From Chrysomallon squamiferum (lineage: Eukaryota; Animalia; Mollusca): a DNA stretch of 64,000 bases. Position 1 is the first letter of the stretch. The number at the start of each line of letters is the position of its first letter. Location: positions 3,472,001-3,536,000 of the forward strand of contig CM022673.1 of NCBI GenBank assembly GCA_012295275.1. The letters run 5' to 3'. A model generated the notes under the pieces. It saw only the letters and a program-made list of their open reading frames with translations, did not search any database and was not told the DNA's origin. The position numbers and the translations under genes were made by a program. Positions 40,694 to 54,759 of this stretch are shown here, piece by piece.

Positions 40694-43600
40694 TTTTTAT
40701 TTTTTTGTTTGTTTTCCCTGCTTCAAATCAGTCTGTGACTGACTGTAATAAATCAAGTTATTTGTTTTCTTCTTTTTTTTCTTTTAATTTGTTTTCCTAA
40801 TATTTTTCCTTTTTTTCTGTTTTTCTTCTATTCTACACCAAAACCACCTGTGAGTAAACCGGAATAATTGCACTGTATCAAATTATTTCTTCTTCATCTA
40901 TTTTACTTTTTTCTTTTTCTTTTTTTGCTACTACATTTTCGTTTTCCCTACGAGTGCAAATAAATGAGTAAACGAGTGCTAGGAAGCACGTACATCAAGT
41001 TGTTTTTTCTTTTTCCTCTCTATCCCCGCTCGCCATCATCAAAAAGATAAGGTTTGTTGTTAGCTGGAAACTGGGTTTACGTACGGAATTCCATGACGGT
41101 GAGGTGTTCAAACGCATAGCGATAATTAACGTCATGTTCCGCGCGGTACACCATCACTGACATACAGACTGCGTGAACGTCTGGAACGCTCATAGGTCAA
41201 GTCGAACAAAAACCGTAAGACAGAAAAAAAAAAAAGAAGAAAAAGAAGAAAACAAAACCCCATTATAAGACCATTATAGGCTAGGGATCATGGGATCGAT
41301 TCTCGTAAATGATCCAATTATTTCTGTTTCCGAGTAGCTCTTCTCCATTATGTGAGAGGCTCAATGATGTAGTAACATAATCATTAATGTTGTTGTTTCT
41401 AATGCAGTGAACGAAACACGGCTTTCGTGAGAACCACCGTTTCACATTCAGCTGATATTTCTCCATGTGAGACAAAATATGCCGGTCACGTCTTGAACAG
41501 AAGAACTCTTGTGAACGAAGTGAAATGAACCTACGACTGCCACATTAGAACGTAAACTCTTCTTCATTTGCTAGAGTCCGGAATTGCAATCGTGGTTGTG
41601 TACTGCTAGCTTTGTATCAACGCATTTATTAATACTGACTAAATCTTCGCCGTGTAATTATCTGTAATAGTTACGTCAGTCTCTTTATATTTACACATAA
41701 AGCATCCTTTATTAGAAATTACAAAGGGTAGAAAAACAACGGGTTTCTTCTCTGGCATTTATGATTAACTCGGTCTAAAGTCACAGTGAATTTTCTGTTA
41801 CATTACTGAACGAAACAAAAGGTAAAAGAAAAACCTCATTAATGTGTTGTTGTTTTGTTTTTTTTTTTTTTTTTTTTCTGACTGTAATGAATCTTGTCCA
41901 AGCTAATCTTTTAAGCCTTTATAATCTGCAGATTACTACAGAAGCAAAGAAAACCGGTAAATAATCTACAAAGTAATTTTCTTTTTCTCTACAACCATTA
42001 GAATCACTAACAACAATCCAGCAGTAAAAGGATACAAAAAAAAATATTAATAATTACATTTAGGTAGAATGGTAAACATATTTAGAAACTTGTGAGAAAA
42101 GAAAGAAAGGATGGACAAAAATATTAATGAAGATATGAAAGAATAAAGGAAATGAATTAATTAATAAATACCCTTTGTTCTAATTAATTAATTAATTAAG
42201 AATGAATTATTAATTGAAAGTGCATGGCCAGATGTGTACGTGTATCAAATATAATATAATGTTAAAGATAATATTAAAACAAAAGATAAATTGTATTTCT
42301 GAACAAAAGTATGATTTCATTAATTTTTTCGATGACAATTTCAGAAGACACAGAAAACAAAACAACAACAACAAACAAACAAACAAATTAAAAAAACACA
42401 GCGCATTAAAACCCAACTTAAAAAAAAAAAGCCAAAAAATGTCATATTAATATTATTACAGAAACCGCTCAATGCATTTATTGGTTGTGGTTTTATTATT
42501 ATTATTATTATTAATCTATTTATTTCGCGAAAATGCTCTTTAGTAGATTTTGCAAACACGCCCGTAGAGTAATTTTTTCTGACGCCCCAGTGCTACAGAA
42601 GCTATATAACATTCTAGTCCAAGTTGTGAATGCAATTACAGCCTGCCTGCCAACGGCATCTCTCTGCATCCTCATAAAAACTCTTAAAATCATTGTCTTG
42701 TTTTAATAATCTTATTATCCAGGCTTTTGAAAATGTCTGTCTTTTTAACCTCGCGGGTTTGTTGTGTTTTGTTTCGTTTAGTTTTGTTTGTTGTTCTTGT
42801 TTTGTTTTTTAATCCTTTACAAATTGACGTTGGTTGTTGATACTTAATAATTTTGATAACAATCAGGAAGCTCACAAATGTATGTTTAATCAATGGTGGA
42901 CCTATATTCTGGTGGGCCTTCGCAAGCAGCAGTGATGTCTGGGTAACTATTATTATCAATTTTTCCACGACAAAGTGCCACGACAGATTTTTTAAATTAA
43001 ACACATCTCAGATTTTGATTCAAATTTTGAAGAAATGTGGACTAAACTAGTTTCTGGACCCTTCACGTAAAGAACGGCGCCTGCGTTTAATTAAAATTGC
43101 GAATAAAATCATTTTACTTTTCTTAAATTATTATCTATGTATTATATAGTTTTCAATTAATTAATAATTAATATTAATGCATATACGGATATATTTTAAA
43201 ATTTTAAATTTCTAAACAAATAATGTTTTCCTTATCTAAACCATCAACCTTTTATACAAACATTCACTACATCGTTTTTGTTCACTGCATCTTCTTTTGT
43301 AATTACGTGTTTATTTTTCTATTAAGTTACAGCTTTAAAACAATCACTGTTTCTGTGACAAGAACCTGTCATGAAATTATCACTTTTATATAATCAAAAC
43401 CTTATTAGTCCTATAACACTTTCACTGTTTAAATGTCAAAAAACACATCATAACAATATCAGTTTACATGATCGATTGCTTACAAGACAAAAATATGACT
43501 AGTAACATTTTATCAAAGCCTTATCATATCATTATGACGTTCGAAATCTTATTATATCGGTTACAAGACCAAAACAGTATAACATTATTACTGTTTACCT

Positions 43601-43743
43601 GACAAAAACATTTACATGATCAACGTACTTGAACCCCCAGCAAAAACAAAAACATATACACACATACGCAGATAATACATCACACTCACACTCACTTCAA
43701 CAAACTACGACTGAAAGAATTCAATACAAAAAACATTATTTAC

Positions 43744-44000
43744 CTGTAAACTGAGAGATACGACGTAATTCCTAATTCACATCCTTGAGCGATTCAAAAA
43801 CGAGACGCGAATAAACCATTCACGAAACTGTATCTCAGTGAGAGAGAGGTGAGAGAGAGGGAGGGAGGGAGAAAACAATGTCCGCGCCAGACTAGTCAGG
43901 TATTGGCTGCACGAAAGCGCGGAGTTCGATCCGACGGTTCTGGAACGAGATCGTGACAAAGAGAAATGGCGCGGTAAGGACCAGAGCTAAACCAATGTTC
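43744..44000 (-). promoter_or_regulatory. Putative alternative promoter and non-coding first exon within the PPxY gene intron
   Basis: Donor ACAG|gtaaat at 43744, CCAAT box on (-) at 43902-43906, and a CpG-rich island at 43780-44030. Confidence 0.35.
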
Positions 44001-44095
44001 GGAGATCGGTGTCCGCTCGCGTTCACTTAGCCCACTTAATAAAGATGTAATTACACAGGCTGAAATACTCGATTCCCGTTAGACATGACATCTCA

Positions 44096-44343
44096 GGTGA
44101 AATTGTGATAGATTAGAATGAAACAAGAGAGCCGGGATGCGTTGCGACGGATTGCAGGATCGCTTCTGCAAACAGTACAGTAATTACTTGCATGTTGTAA
44201 AGCTGGGGTCTGTTAGTGAAATTGTGATGAATTAGAAGAACTGATAAACGTGTTTAGATTCGCAGAATAGAAAACAGGATGGTAGTTAATTATGTGTACG
44301 TGATACGGTTGGGGTCTGTTAGCGAAATTATGATGAATTAGAA
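44096..44343. repeat. Degenerate direct repeat, about 106-bp period, 3 copies
   Basis: GGGGTCTGTTAG(T/C)GAAATT(G/A)TGATGAATTAGAA at 44205 and 44311, with a partial copy at 44096. Confidence 0.7.
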
Positions 44344-45655
44344 CGGACATCGGGGGTTGAATAACAGCAGCAGCACGATACGTATTAGAAAGTAAACATA
44401 ATTAAATACAGCGAATTCATTTTGACTTACTTAGAATACAGCGAATGAAATAATGATACATCCGTTCAGTAAAAAATCAATCTTGTTTACGTGTAAAGGA
44501 TCGTGGGACCAAATGACTCTTGCCACACAAACAATAATGTAAAAATAAACTGGAAACAAACCGAATCGAAGACAGTACATGAAATGTAAAATACGCTAGA
44601 GACACTTTCCTGCCTTATCTGCTTCTTTCTTGTTTAGTAAACTAAAACCATACATCAAGAAGATAATCTAATCTTCAGTCAGAAGGAATACATCAAGTTA
44701 AAACACGCAGATGAACAGAGAAGCGAAAGATACTTCGATTGAAGAGATAACAGCAGAACGAGACGCGATTTCTCTTAAAAGAACATCCTCGTAGAATAAT
44801 GAACTGTAATTAATTTGTGAAAATCTCAAATGACTTTTTTTTTTTTTTTTTTTTTTGTCGGACACCACATTACTTGATTAAAGATTTATGCCCAGTGACG
44901 ATCTAGATTTATGCATTTAATCATAATTATAATAACCATTTTATTATTTTTTTTTTTTTATTATTATTATATTTTTTTTTTTTTTGTCGTCGATTATCCA
45001 TACTTGTGCACGTATAGTAAAGCAACCTTGTCTTTCGCCTACAGTAATTTTTTTTCCTTTGGACATTATTCCAACTATTAATGTATTATTAAACAAACTG
45101 CAAATCTTGATCAGTGCCGCAGCTAGGAAGAAACCCCGCTAATTGAGGGGATAGTCATACTCCCAAGCGTAAAAAGGACTTTTTATAAACATTTTACCCA
45201 AAACAATAAAAAACTATCACTCCACGACCTTTGATAATCAGTCGTAGGGAACTGGGAAGAAAGGAAACAGGCTGGAAAATTCTTTGACATTACTGGATCC
45301 CTGCAGTCTCTTGCGTCTAATACGAAATATATTTTGGTTTTTAATCAGCAGAACTGCACACAATACGCGTTCTTGTTTTTTAACGAACTGCTGCATCAAA
45401 GCGTAATATAATCAATTGTTTGTAAAAAAGAGTTAGCTAATATTAAAAATTAATGTTATTATGCTCGAGACAAGAATTTAAAAAGAAAAATATGCATTAT
45501 AAATGGAAAGAATCAATTGTTTGTAAAAACAGTAACTTAATATAAAATATTAATGCTATTATTCTTAAAACAATAATTAAAGAAAAAAATGAAAGAAGCA
45601 AAATTAATGTTATACTTGCAGCAAGAATTATAACATATGTATGTGTGTTTGTATA

Positions 45656-45691
<36 letters not shown>

Positions 45692-45877
45692 TGTATGTAT
45701 GTATGTATGTATGTATGTATGTATGTATGTATGTATGTATGTATGTATGTATGTATGTTTGTATGTATGTATGTGTGTGTGTATATGATTATATGTAGTA
45801 AAGGTAAGAATAATTAAATGTCCTATTAAAAAAATCATTTCATAAAATATGTTTTTAAAACGTTATGACATATGTTT

Positions 45878-46112
45878 ATAAAACGTACGTGCTACGACAT
45901 GTGCTAGTAAAACGTATTGTGTTATGGTGTGCTAGTAAAACGTATTGTGTTATGGTGTGCTAGTAAAACGTATTGTGTTATGGTGTGCTAGTAAAACGTA
46001 TTGTGTTATGGTGTGCTAGTAAAACGTACGTGCTACGACATGTGCTAGTAAAACGTATTGTGTTATGGTGTGCTAGTGAAACGTACGTGTTACGATATTT
46101 GCTAGTAAAACG
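45878..46112. repeat. 28/29-bp minisatellite, about 8 copies, two variants
   Basis: Units GTGCTAGTAAAACGTATTGTGTTATGGT and GTGCTAGTAAAACGTACGTGCTACGACAT. Confidence 0.92.
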
Positions 46113-47089
46113 AACGTGTCCAGACTTTCCCCTTTCTCACATAATTCACTTACTCCATTTTGATTACAGTCCCAGCAGTTTTAAACGTGAAGGAAAATAA
46201 GCCTGGTACGTGACTCAGAGAACTGTCAGCTAATCTTAGCACGGCTTGGCCTGCAGCACACGCCATGAATCAGCTTTTAACACAACTCAGCCGAACTGTT
46301 CCGCAGACTTTCAAACAATTACTGTGTTTTTATTCTACAGTTACGAGATGTTCTAGATTCTGTAATTGTAGCTATTTCTGCGATGTGCAATCTGTGGTGA
46401 TCTTTGTGGTGATAAAGATTCCGATCGTTGTGAAGGTTCAGTAATTAATAATATGTATGTATATATTTATACACTCGAGAACACTTCATGAAAACTCAAG
46501 AAATAACAAAACGATCACGAATTGAAATACAGTCTGTAATGGCAGGTTTTTGTGTAATGTGCATTCTTACACCATTTCTTTGGTTTCGGTTCACAGTTTT
46601 ATCGCTGTAAGGGTTCAAAACCACCAACAGCGAAACTTCAAGAAAAGTGTTTTAAAAACCCACAAAATACCCCAAAATTGTCGTGAGATTCAATAAATTG
46701 TATTATAGTAGTAATTATATAATCTACAGTCTTTTATAATCTGTGTTGCAGCAACATATTTTTGTTTATAGCACAGGTGAAAGAAATATATTTGCATTCA
46801 CAAATATTCATATGGAATCTCCAAAGTTTTCAAAATATCGAAGAAATTCTCATTACACTACATTTAATAGCGATCAGAACATATAATCAGATACTCTCAC
46901 ATAGATATTTCATAATAATTACAAGTTGTTTTCCTAATTATCCAAAAGAAAAGTGATAAAACTACAAGTATATCTCATTATTGTCGAAAACACTAGAAGA
47001 AAAAGCAGAAGAAGTCTACAGAAATGCTCAGGTTTAACGACCCAGTCTGCTATTAAAAGAGTCAGTTGAGAAATCGAACGGACACAAAA

Positions 47090-47450
47090 GTCTACTCTAG
47101 CGATCTGTCGTGTTTAATATCGTTATATTTTCACAAAGCTGTCTATTTTATATCATTATAGTTCCACCAAAGTCCATTTTATATCATTACATTTCCACTA
47201 AAGTCTACTTTATATCGCTATATTTTCACAAAGCTGTCTATGTTATATTTATACTACTTACAGTTTATATTCATTAAACAGTCTTCTCTATACGATTCTG
47301 TTTTCACTAAACTATCTACATAATACCGTTATATTTTCACACATCAGCGTTGTATTATATTTGTACTAAACGATCTACTTAACGTAGATTTTCTTTTAAC
47401 GGTCATCTCTACACAGTTATGTTTTCACAAAGCCTTCTACTTCGTGTCAC
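47090..47450. repeat. Degenerate ~30-38-bp minisatellite
   Basis: Recurring tctac...atcgttatattttcacaaag motif. Confidence 0.65.
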
Positions 47451-49299
47451 TATTAATCCCTGTGTTTACTCGTCTGTGAAGATATAGGAGTAAACCTGTG
47501 TGCCAAACAAAAACACGATCAGTTGTTCGCGTGCTTTCGCTGAATTAATAGCTGTAAAAACCGTCTCAAAGAAAAACATCACAAAACTAAAGAAAATAAA
47601 CAATGTAGCTTAAAACAGCTATCTCAGAACTGCATGCTTAAAACGAAAATAGATTAAATACTCACAAACTCCCACACACAAAAAAAAAAAAGAGGAGGAA
47701 TAAAAAGAAGAAGAAGAAAATCGCGAACACTGCAGAAGTAATTGCTCGCGTGCATTAAGACTACGAAGTTGGAGCCTCTAAGTACCGCGACTGGTTCCCT
47801 GTGCCGAAGCCTGCACAACACGTTAACAGTTTGTCACGCTTCTTTTACAACTTAATCTGCAATTATTATATTAACTGTTTCCTAGGTAATCAACCCATGT
47901 TGCGTTACAGACACATGATAGACATATAAAATTTTCTACTTGAATAATCTGGGGATATGAGCTTATGTGATGTAATTGTTGATTTAAATAACACGTTTGG
48001 TATTAAAAAAAAATATATGTTAATTTAAAAAATATATATATATATTTAAAGTGTTCTCAAATCACACACTATGAAATATTTTATAATAATAATAATAAGA
48101 AGAAGAAGAATGATAATAATATGTACTGAAAAACACCTAAAATAAAAACTTGATATTTCCAAACGAAATCAAGCGAAATCTGCTGACGGTTATAGACAAG
48201 AGAAGTTTTTTTAGACAAGAAAATGAAAGAAACAAAATATTAAAATAACACAGAACACAGGCTAAAACATAATAATGCAGCCAACAAGTGACAGAGATGT
48301 AAATTAGTTTTACATACAGTGTTCTGTAACAGAACGAATGTAAGAAACGGTGAAACAATCTATAATAAAAAAAATAATGTACATGACCATATTCAAAGAA
48401 TAAAGCTGAAACATTAAAATACTACGGTATCTTTCATGGACGAATACTTTAAAAATAAAAAATGATATATTTCAAGAAAGAGGGGGAAAAAAGACAGAAA
48501 AAGTTTAATATATAATCAGAATTAAGGTTATCATAGACATAAATTAGCTCTAAAATATATTTTAAAGAAATCACTGAACTCCTTTCTTTTTTTAAAATAA
48601 ATTATAAATAATAATTACAAAAGAAATGGTAACTTTGATATACATAAAATAGTTCTTAATAAGTTATGGTTAAAGAAAGAAAGAAACACCAATAAATCAA
48701 AGTATGTAAAAAAAATAATAATAATAATAATAAAATAAAGATGAAAATACAAAGTTACAGTGATACATTCGTTAATTTTTAACATGCTGCAAGCAAACAG
48801 GTAACAATGGCAAATTATTTTCCAGTGCCGAAATAAAGTGAAAATATACTGGAAGAAAAAAAAGAAAAAAGTAGCACTGATTAATATGTAGGTTTTAAAT
48901 AGACAGATGTAAAGAAAACATCGATAAGTTAGTTGAACATGAAGATAACGTGAACACGAATAAAAAGGTAATACTCACAAAGACTTTATTTCTGAATATG
49001 CTGGAAGATAATTAAAATACACCTATAATAAAATATGCAGTTCTTAGAACGTTAAGATGCACTAGTAATAAATCTCTCTTGTTACCTGTACTTTGTTTCA
49101 GCATGTTTATCCGAGATGGTGATCTACACACTGCAACATGACACCGTACAGAATATTTCCTTTTCTACGTTCTATTACACAGTACACTTACAACCAAATT
49201 ATTGTTGTCGCTATTGTATAGGACACAAAGCAAATCTGACGCCTTATCATTCCTTCAACACCGAGATATAAAGAGACTTGTGTCGTTACTGTGTGAATG

Positions 49300-49800
49300 T
49301 ATTATAAAGAGGACTGTGTATTATGAAGAAAACAAGCTTAAAAGGAATATTATTATATACGAGGCAGAGAAGACAATGCTTTATGAAGAAAAGAAATAGT
49401 TAGGTTCTGGGCTTTCATTATATGCACAATGAAAAATGCGACAGTGGGAAAGAGAACTATTTGTATGTATATTATAAAGAAATGTGATAGTGAAGTCAAG
49501 AAATATCTGTGTATTATGAAGAAATGTGATACTGAGGATGAGCACAATCATTATATATACTACGAAAAAAAACGTGATAGTGAGGATGAGGACTATTAGT
49601 ATGTATATTATGACGAAATGTGATATGAGGATAAGAAATGAGACAATGAAGTGAAAAAGGACTATTAGTATGTATATTATGAAGAAATGAGACAATGAAG
49701 AAATGGACTGTTAGCATGTGTAACGTGAAGAAATGTGAGAGAGAGGCAAGGATTACCGGTACGTGTAATATGAAGACATGAGAGATCAAGGATGAATGTT
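49300..49800. repeat. Degenerate ~40-45-bp minisatellite
   Basis: Recurring ggactattagtatgtatattatgaagaaatgtgata motif. Confidence 0.7.
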
Positions 49801-52800
49801 ATGTTTAGTGGAGAATTCTGACAGGTGACCAGTATTACCACTAACTGAATATGTAATAAAAACTATGATGTAATTAAATCGGCGGACAATATCAATTTAT
49901 TATGATTCTGAAAGCAGATAAAAAATACCTATTTTATCTCAGATAAATCAACAGAGAGTGTAAATAGATATGTTTTATTGACGTCTCACCTTATAAAATA
50001 ATAAAATTCAATTCGACTGTAGTAATTAATGTAGCAGCTGCTGTTGTTAATATTTTTTTCTTACTCTTTATCGTAGGTCAACGTTGTTTCTTTTCCTTCT
50101 ACAGCTAAAATCCATGAATATTTTGTAGGGTTTTATATTATTGTTACATTACTTCTTTAAAAAAAAAAAAAAAATATCGATTCCCTATGAATGATTAAAA
50201 AAGAACGAAAATGCCATTCGCAGATTATACTAAAGAAATGATTAAACAGCTGAAAGCAAATTAAACACATTTCGAACAGAAACACTTAAAAAGACGAGGT
50301 TCGTCCATGCATGTTGATTTAATTAACAGTTAAACAGCGGCGTGCGTTTCAAACACTTTTCCTTAGCTGTTCCTCAGTAACAGCCTGGAGTAACATCTGT
50401 TATTTGTAATAAAAAGAAAAAAGAAAGAAAAGAAAGAAAGTAAGAAAGCAAGAAAGAAGAATGACAGAAATAATTCTCTATTAGAAAAATTTCAGTTTTC
50501 GCAAAATATTGTTCTCGTTAAATACCTGCGACCACGATTTTTTCAAAAGAAATTAAAAAAACAAAATCTGTAATGTAGGTGAGTTAGTTAAAAAAAAAAA
50601 ATAAAAAAAATAATAATAATAATATAATAAAGTAGTATCTGTATTCTATGGTTATAGAGCACTGGCTGAAAAAGGATATATTCCAGTACGAAAACAAAGA
50701 GAAATATCCTATGATCTTTGCTCTATCACTGAGTTAAAACTGTTTTTAAAGAAGAGAGACAGTAAGTAAGTTGGGATGTTAGTAGATTAACGAGAGAGGA
50801 ACGCTGTTTATTCGACCTTTATTTCTTCTGATTCATTTCACTGTTACTAAGTACTGGACGTCGACAAAGTTAATAAATATCGGTTTGCATTTTCGGTTCA
50901 GACAAGCAATAAAATGTTGCTTCTTAGCTTCATTTCAATGTTCAAATACAGTTGTCATGGATACGATCTCTGATAAAGTCGGTTGGTAAAAGGTTAAATA
51001 TATCCGCTTTGAAAATTCGTAAATATAGTCATTCCTTGATCCATCTTATTAATTTTTGTATTAGCTATTATCGTATCAAACATAATACTAAAGAAATCTT
51101 ACAGATGAATTTGCTTGCCGTGTCTCCTCTGCGTGTTAGTCCAGATTACCATTTAAGAGATTTCGTTTTATATGCATCTTTATACTAAAAGGTGATCGTT
51201 CGTGAAATACGGGTTAATAGGTTAGCGAGTAAGTCAGTTAATAACAGAGGTGTTTCTGTCCACACACACCTCCCAGAGAAGCTTTGGTTACAGCACCGGA
51301 CCGACCTGACACGCCAATCTGGGTTTTGTCTAAGAACAGATGGCATGCCTGTCTCTGTGTTTTTCTAGTTCGTGACGTGAAAGATTACGAAGACTCACAC
51401 CATCTTAAATCTAATAATTGTTCCATGTCAGTGTCGCCTTTACGACAGAGGATAGAAGAAAATTAAATCGAGCTGCACGTCACAGAATCAGTTATGAGAA
51501 GAAGAAGAAGAAGAAGAAGATGAAGGGGAAAACAAATATTATTCTGAGTGAACGAGAAAACCGTGAAATATTAGATTCTTGTAAAATTGTCAGAATGAAA
51601 AACAGATATTCAGAAACATCATTGATAAGAAGAATAAAAAGAAAAATGAAATGAGAGAAAAAAAAAGAAGATGATGATTATAGAGTTGATCTGGTTGATG
51701 ACGTTAATAATGAAGTAATGATGATTGTGCTATTGATACAAACGTCGATGATGATGATGATGATGATGACGGTAATTACGATGTGATGATGATAATGACG
51801 ATAAATTATTTCCCTAGAAAGAATAGAATGCTTTGTCTACTTTGTCGAGCATCACAAAAGTAGCTGAAATAAAATGAAGATGAAATTTAGTCTGATCGAA
51901 TGGAAACTAAAATTATTCTTTAATCTGAGGATGTGTCGTTTTCTACGTTTTCAAAAGGAGCGAGCTAAAAAGCTCTGCGGTTAGAAGAATTGCCATGAGC
52001 CTTGACTCTGGGAAGGTACATGTAAAATATTCCTTTTTGCTAATCGATAAGTTTAGTCCATGGAGTGACTGCAGTAGTTTTCTTCTTCTTTGGGGTTGAG
52101 GGTTGTTATCGACGTTGTATTTTTCATCTTCATAATTTTCTATTATTTTACCGTGGAGCATTTTAATCCTTAAAAAAAAAAAAAAAAAAAAAAACAACAA
52201 CTAAAAAATATCACCAAGCAGTGGCCGAGAGAAAACTGAAAAGTAATCTTGCTCCTTTGCCCCAAGCCATTCCTCAGATTAAAATCCCACCACTCGGTTA
52301 TTTGCCGATTCCATTCCTTTATTGAGAGAAACAGACTTGAAATTTAATTACACGACGGATTACTCCTTCACCAAATTCAGCCAGACATGACATCGCTGGT
52401 TTCAGTCGTCTCACAAAACGACAGAAATAAAATGCAGCGTACAGACAGAACGAAAATAGATGCGCTTAAAGAATGTTTCCTAAATTACCTAACAGCTACC
52501 GACAGAGAATAATTACTTGGTTCCGGCTGCTAAAGAAATTTATTTATTTAAAACCACTGGAAGCGGAATTTTTTGTTTGTTTGTCGTTTTCATTCTTTCG
52601 TTTTTCTTTTTTTCTATTTTTCAAGCTTTAATGAAACGTCTTTATTTTTAGCCATTGATACGGTTCCTTTTTTTTTTTTGACTTTTTCTTTCTGGTTATT
52701 TTTCATTTCATTAATATTTGTTCATTTGTTTAGCTACGTCATTTTCACTTCTGTATTTAACACACACACATATACATATACACACATACACACACACGCA

Positions 52801-52824
52801 CATATATGTATGTGTGTATATATA

Positions 52825-52865
<41 letters not shown>

Positions 52866-53148
52866 GTGTGAGTGTGTGTGTTTGCTTTTACAAAAAAAAA
52901 TGCACGCCTTATGTGCGTTTAACAAATACAAATACAATAATTTCAGAATTTTACTATTTTTCTTTCTCTTATTCATTTAACAAAAAATAAAAATAATAAT
53001 AATAGAAAATAAAATGAATATATAAATAAACAAATGTACATACTACATTAATATTGTCATTGGGAAATACTGACCATAAGAAAAATAATACTTTTTGCCA
53101 AACAAAACAAAACAAAACATAATAAATCAAAATAAAATAAAATAAATA

Positions 53149-53203
<55 letters not shown>

Positions 53204-53389
53204 GTAAAGGTTTACTAGACATAAACCGATAATATATAATGTCTTCTATTGAAGGTTTACATTAATCATTCTTCTATGTTCATAAAATCCTTTATGACTG
53301 AACCATTATACCAATAAACATGTCCACAGCGATAACGTGCACATAAAACTGTAAAACGTGCTTGGCTTCAGTAAAGAGAAAAAGGACTA

Positions 53390-53450
53390 GAAGGTACTGG
53401 TATGAAGGAACTGGTACGAAGGAACTGGTACGAAGGTACTAAGGTACTCT
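53390..53450. repeat. 14-bp tandem repeat, about 4 copies
   Basis: GAAGG(T/A)ACTGGTA(T/C) repeated. Confidence 0.75.
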
Positions 53451-54226
53451 GTCTGTGGTCTCGCCATCAAGCACATTTTTCCGGATACGACAACCAAATG
53501 AACCCAGCAAATCACTCTGCACACAAAATCGATTCCTGTAAATTGGCGCAAATATGAGAATAGCTTTGAAGCAAATATCAACCTGGAGTGAGAGGCGATG
53601 TTTATCGAATGATCTGTCACTGTTATTATCATCTCTGTAGCAGAAACTGACTATTATTACACTCAGGATAATAGTGGATATAACCACAGGAATTCTATTA
53701 TGGCCTTTTTTTTTTTTTTTTTTTTTTTATTGGTTGTTTACTGAACAACTCCTGTTCATTTAAACTGACATCTTCATTTTATGATTCTTGCTTGGTTATC
53801 AAATGTATATTTAAAAATAAACGTACAAACAAAGAAACCCAAAGACAATAAGGAATGAAGAATAAATATGAAATGCACCGGCTGCTTCTGAAAATAAAAC
53901 TGTTTACACTGTTGCCAGAGAAATGCGTTAACCTGGAAGTAAAAAATGATAAACAAAGACTAGACTTAAGAAGCAGACGATTAAGCAAGGCCATGATAAT
54001 GAAAGTTATTGTTTTCCGTCCGTGGCCATCAGCCAGTGAAGAATGGAGCCGAACACTTTATTTATTTACAGTAGTGATAATCATAAACATTATTAAAAAT
54101 AATGGAGGCAGACAGTTCTTTAAAATTAAACAAATGTAGACAAGAATCTGATCCAGTATATATTATCATCATCATCATGATTGTTGTTGTTGTTGTTATT
54201 GTTTTTGTTATGTTGTTGTTGCTGTA

Positions 54227-54286
<60 letters not shown>

Positions 54287-54741
54287 TTTATAGGAATAAC
54301 AATAATAAATATAACATTCACACAAAAGACATTCCATGGCAGAAATACATATTATATTTCAAACCATCAGTAGATATTGTCCATGAAAGACACGAGTGTG
54401 GATAACTGAGTTAATGATGTCAAAGATAAGAAATAACATGTTCACAATCACCAGTACGAAGAAGAAGCCAGAACTTGTAATACGAAAGATGAACATTTCA
54501 GAACAAGTCAACAACCGTATAATTAATCATTCGCATCATTTGGCCGTTAGTGTTACACACGATAGACACAATATTAAATAAAAACAATATTTAATTTAAA
54601 ACAATACCAGTAATTCGAAAGGAAAAAGAAAAATCTGTTTTCAAAAATGTTGGGGCGTAAAATCTGCCACTTTGACTGTTATGGCCTAAATCCCAGAACA
54701 CTTAAAATTTATATAACAACAGTTTACATTTAGACTCTTAC

Positions 54742-54757
54742 CTTCTTCTGTTGCCAT
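54742..54757 (-). CDS. Probable first coding exon (MATEE-G) of the PPxY gene
   Basis: ATG GCA ACA GAA GAA G|gtaagag is a strong phase-1 donor matching the phase-1 acceptor at 34478. An in-frame stop lies upstream, and the exon sits at the edge of a CpG island. A direct join gives 179 aa across a 20.3-kb intron. Confidence 0.55.
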
Positions 54758-54759
54758 AA

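Noticed and set aside
43880-43945. tRNA/SINE-like element (B-box-like GTTCGATCC, TCCGCGC/GCGCGGA stem)
   Set aside because: No cloverleaf. T-arm geometry and acceptor stem do not fit, and there is no convincing A box.
45112-45160. hAT-MITE-like end (CAGTGCCGCAGCTAGG)
   Set aside because: A single short degenerate end with no partner TIR or TSD nearby.
45878-46112. CRISPR-like array
   Set aside because: Head-to-tail units with no unique spacers, no cas genes, and a eukaryotic context.
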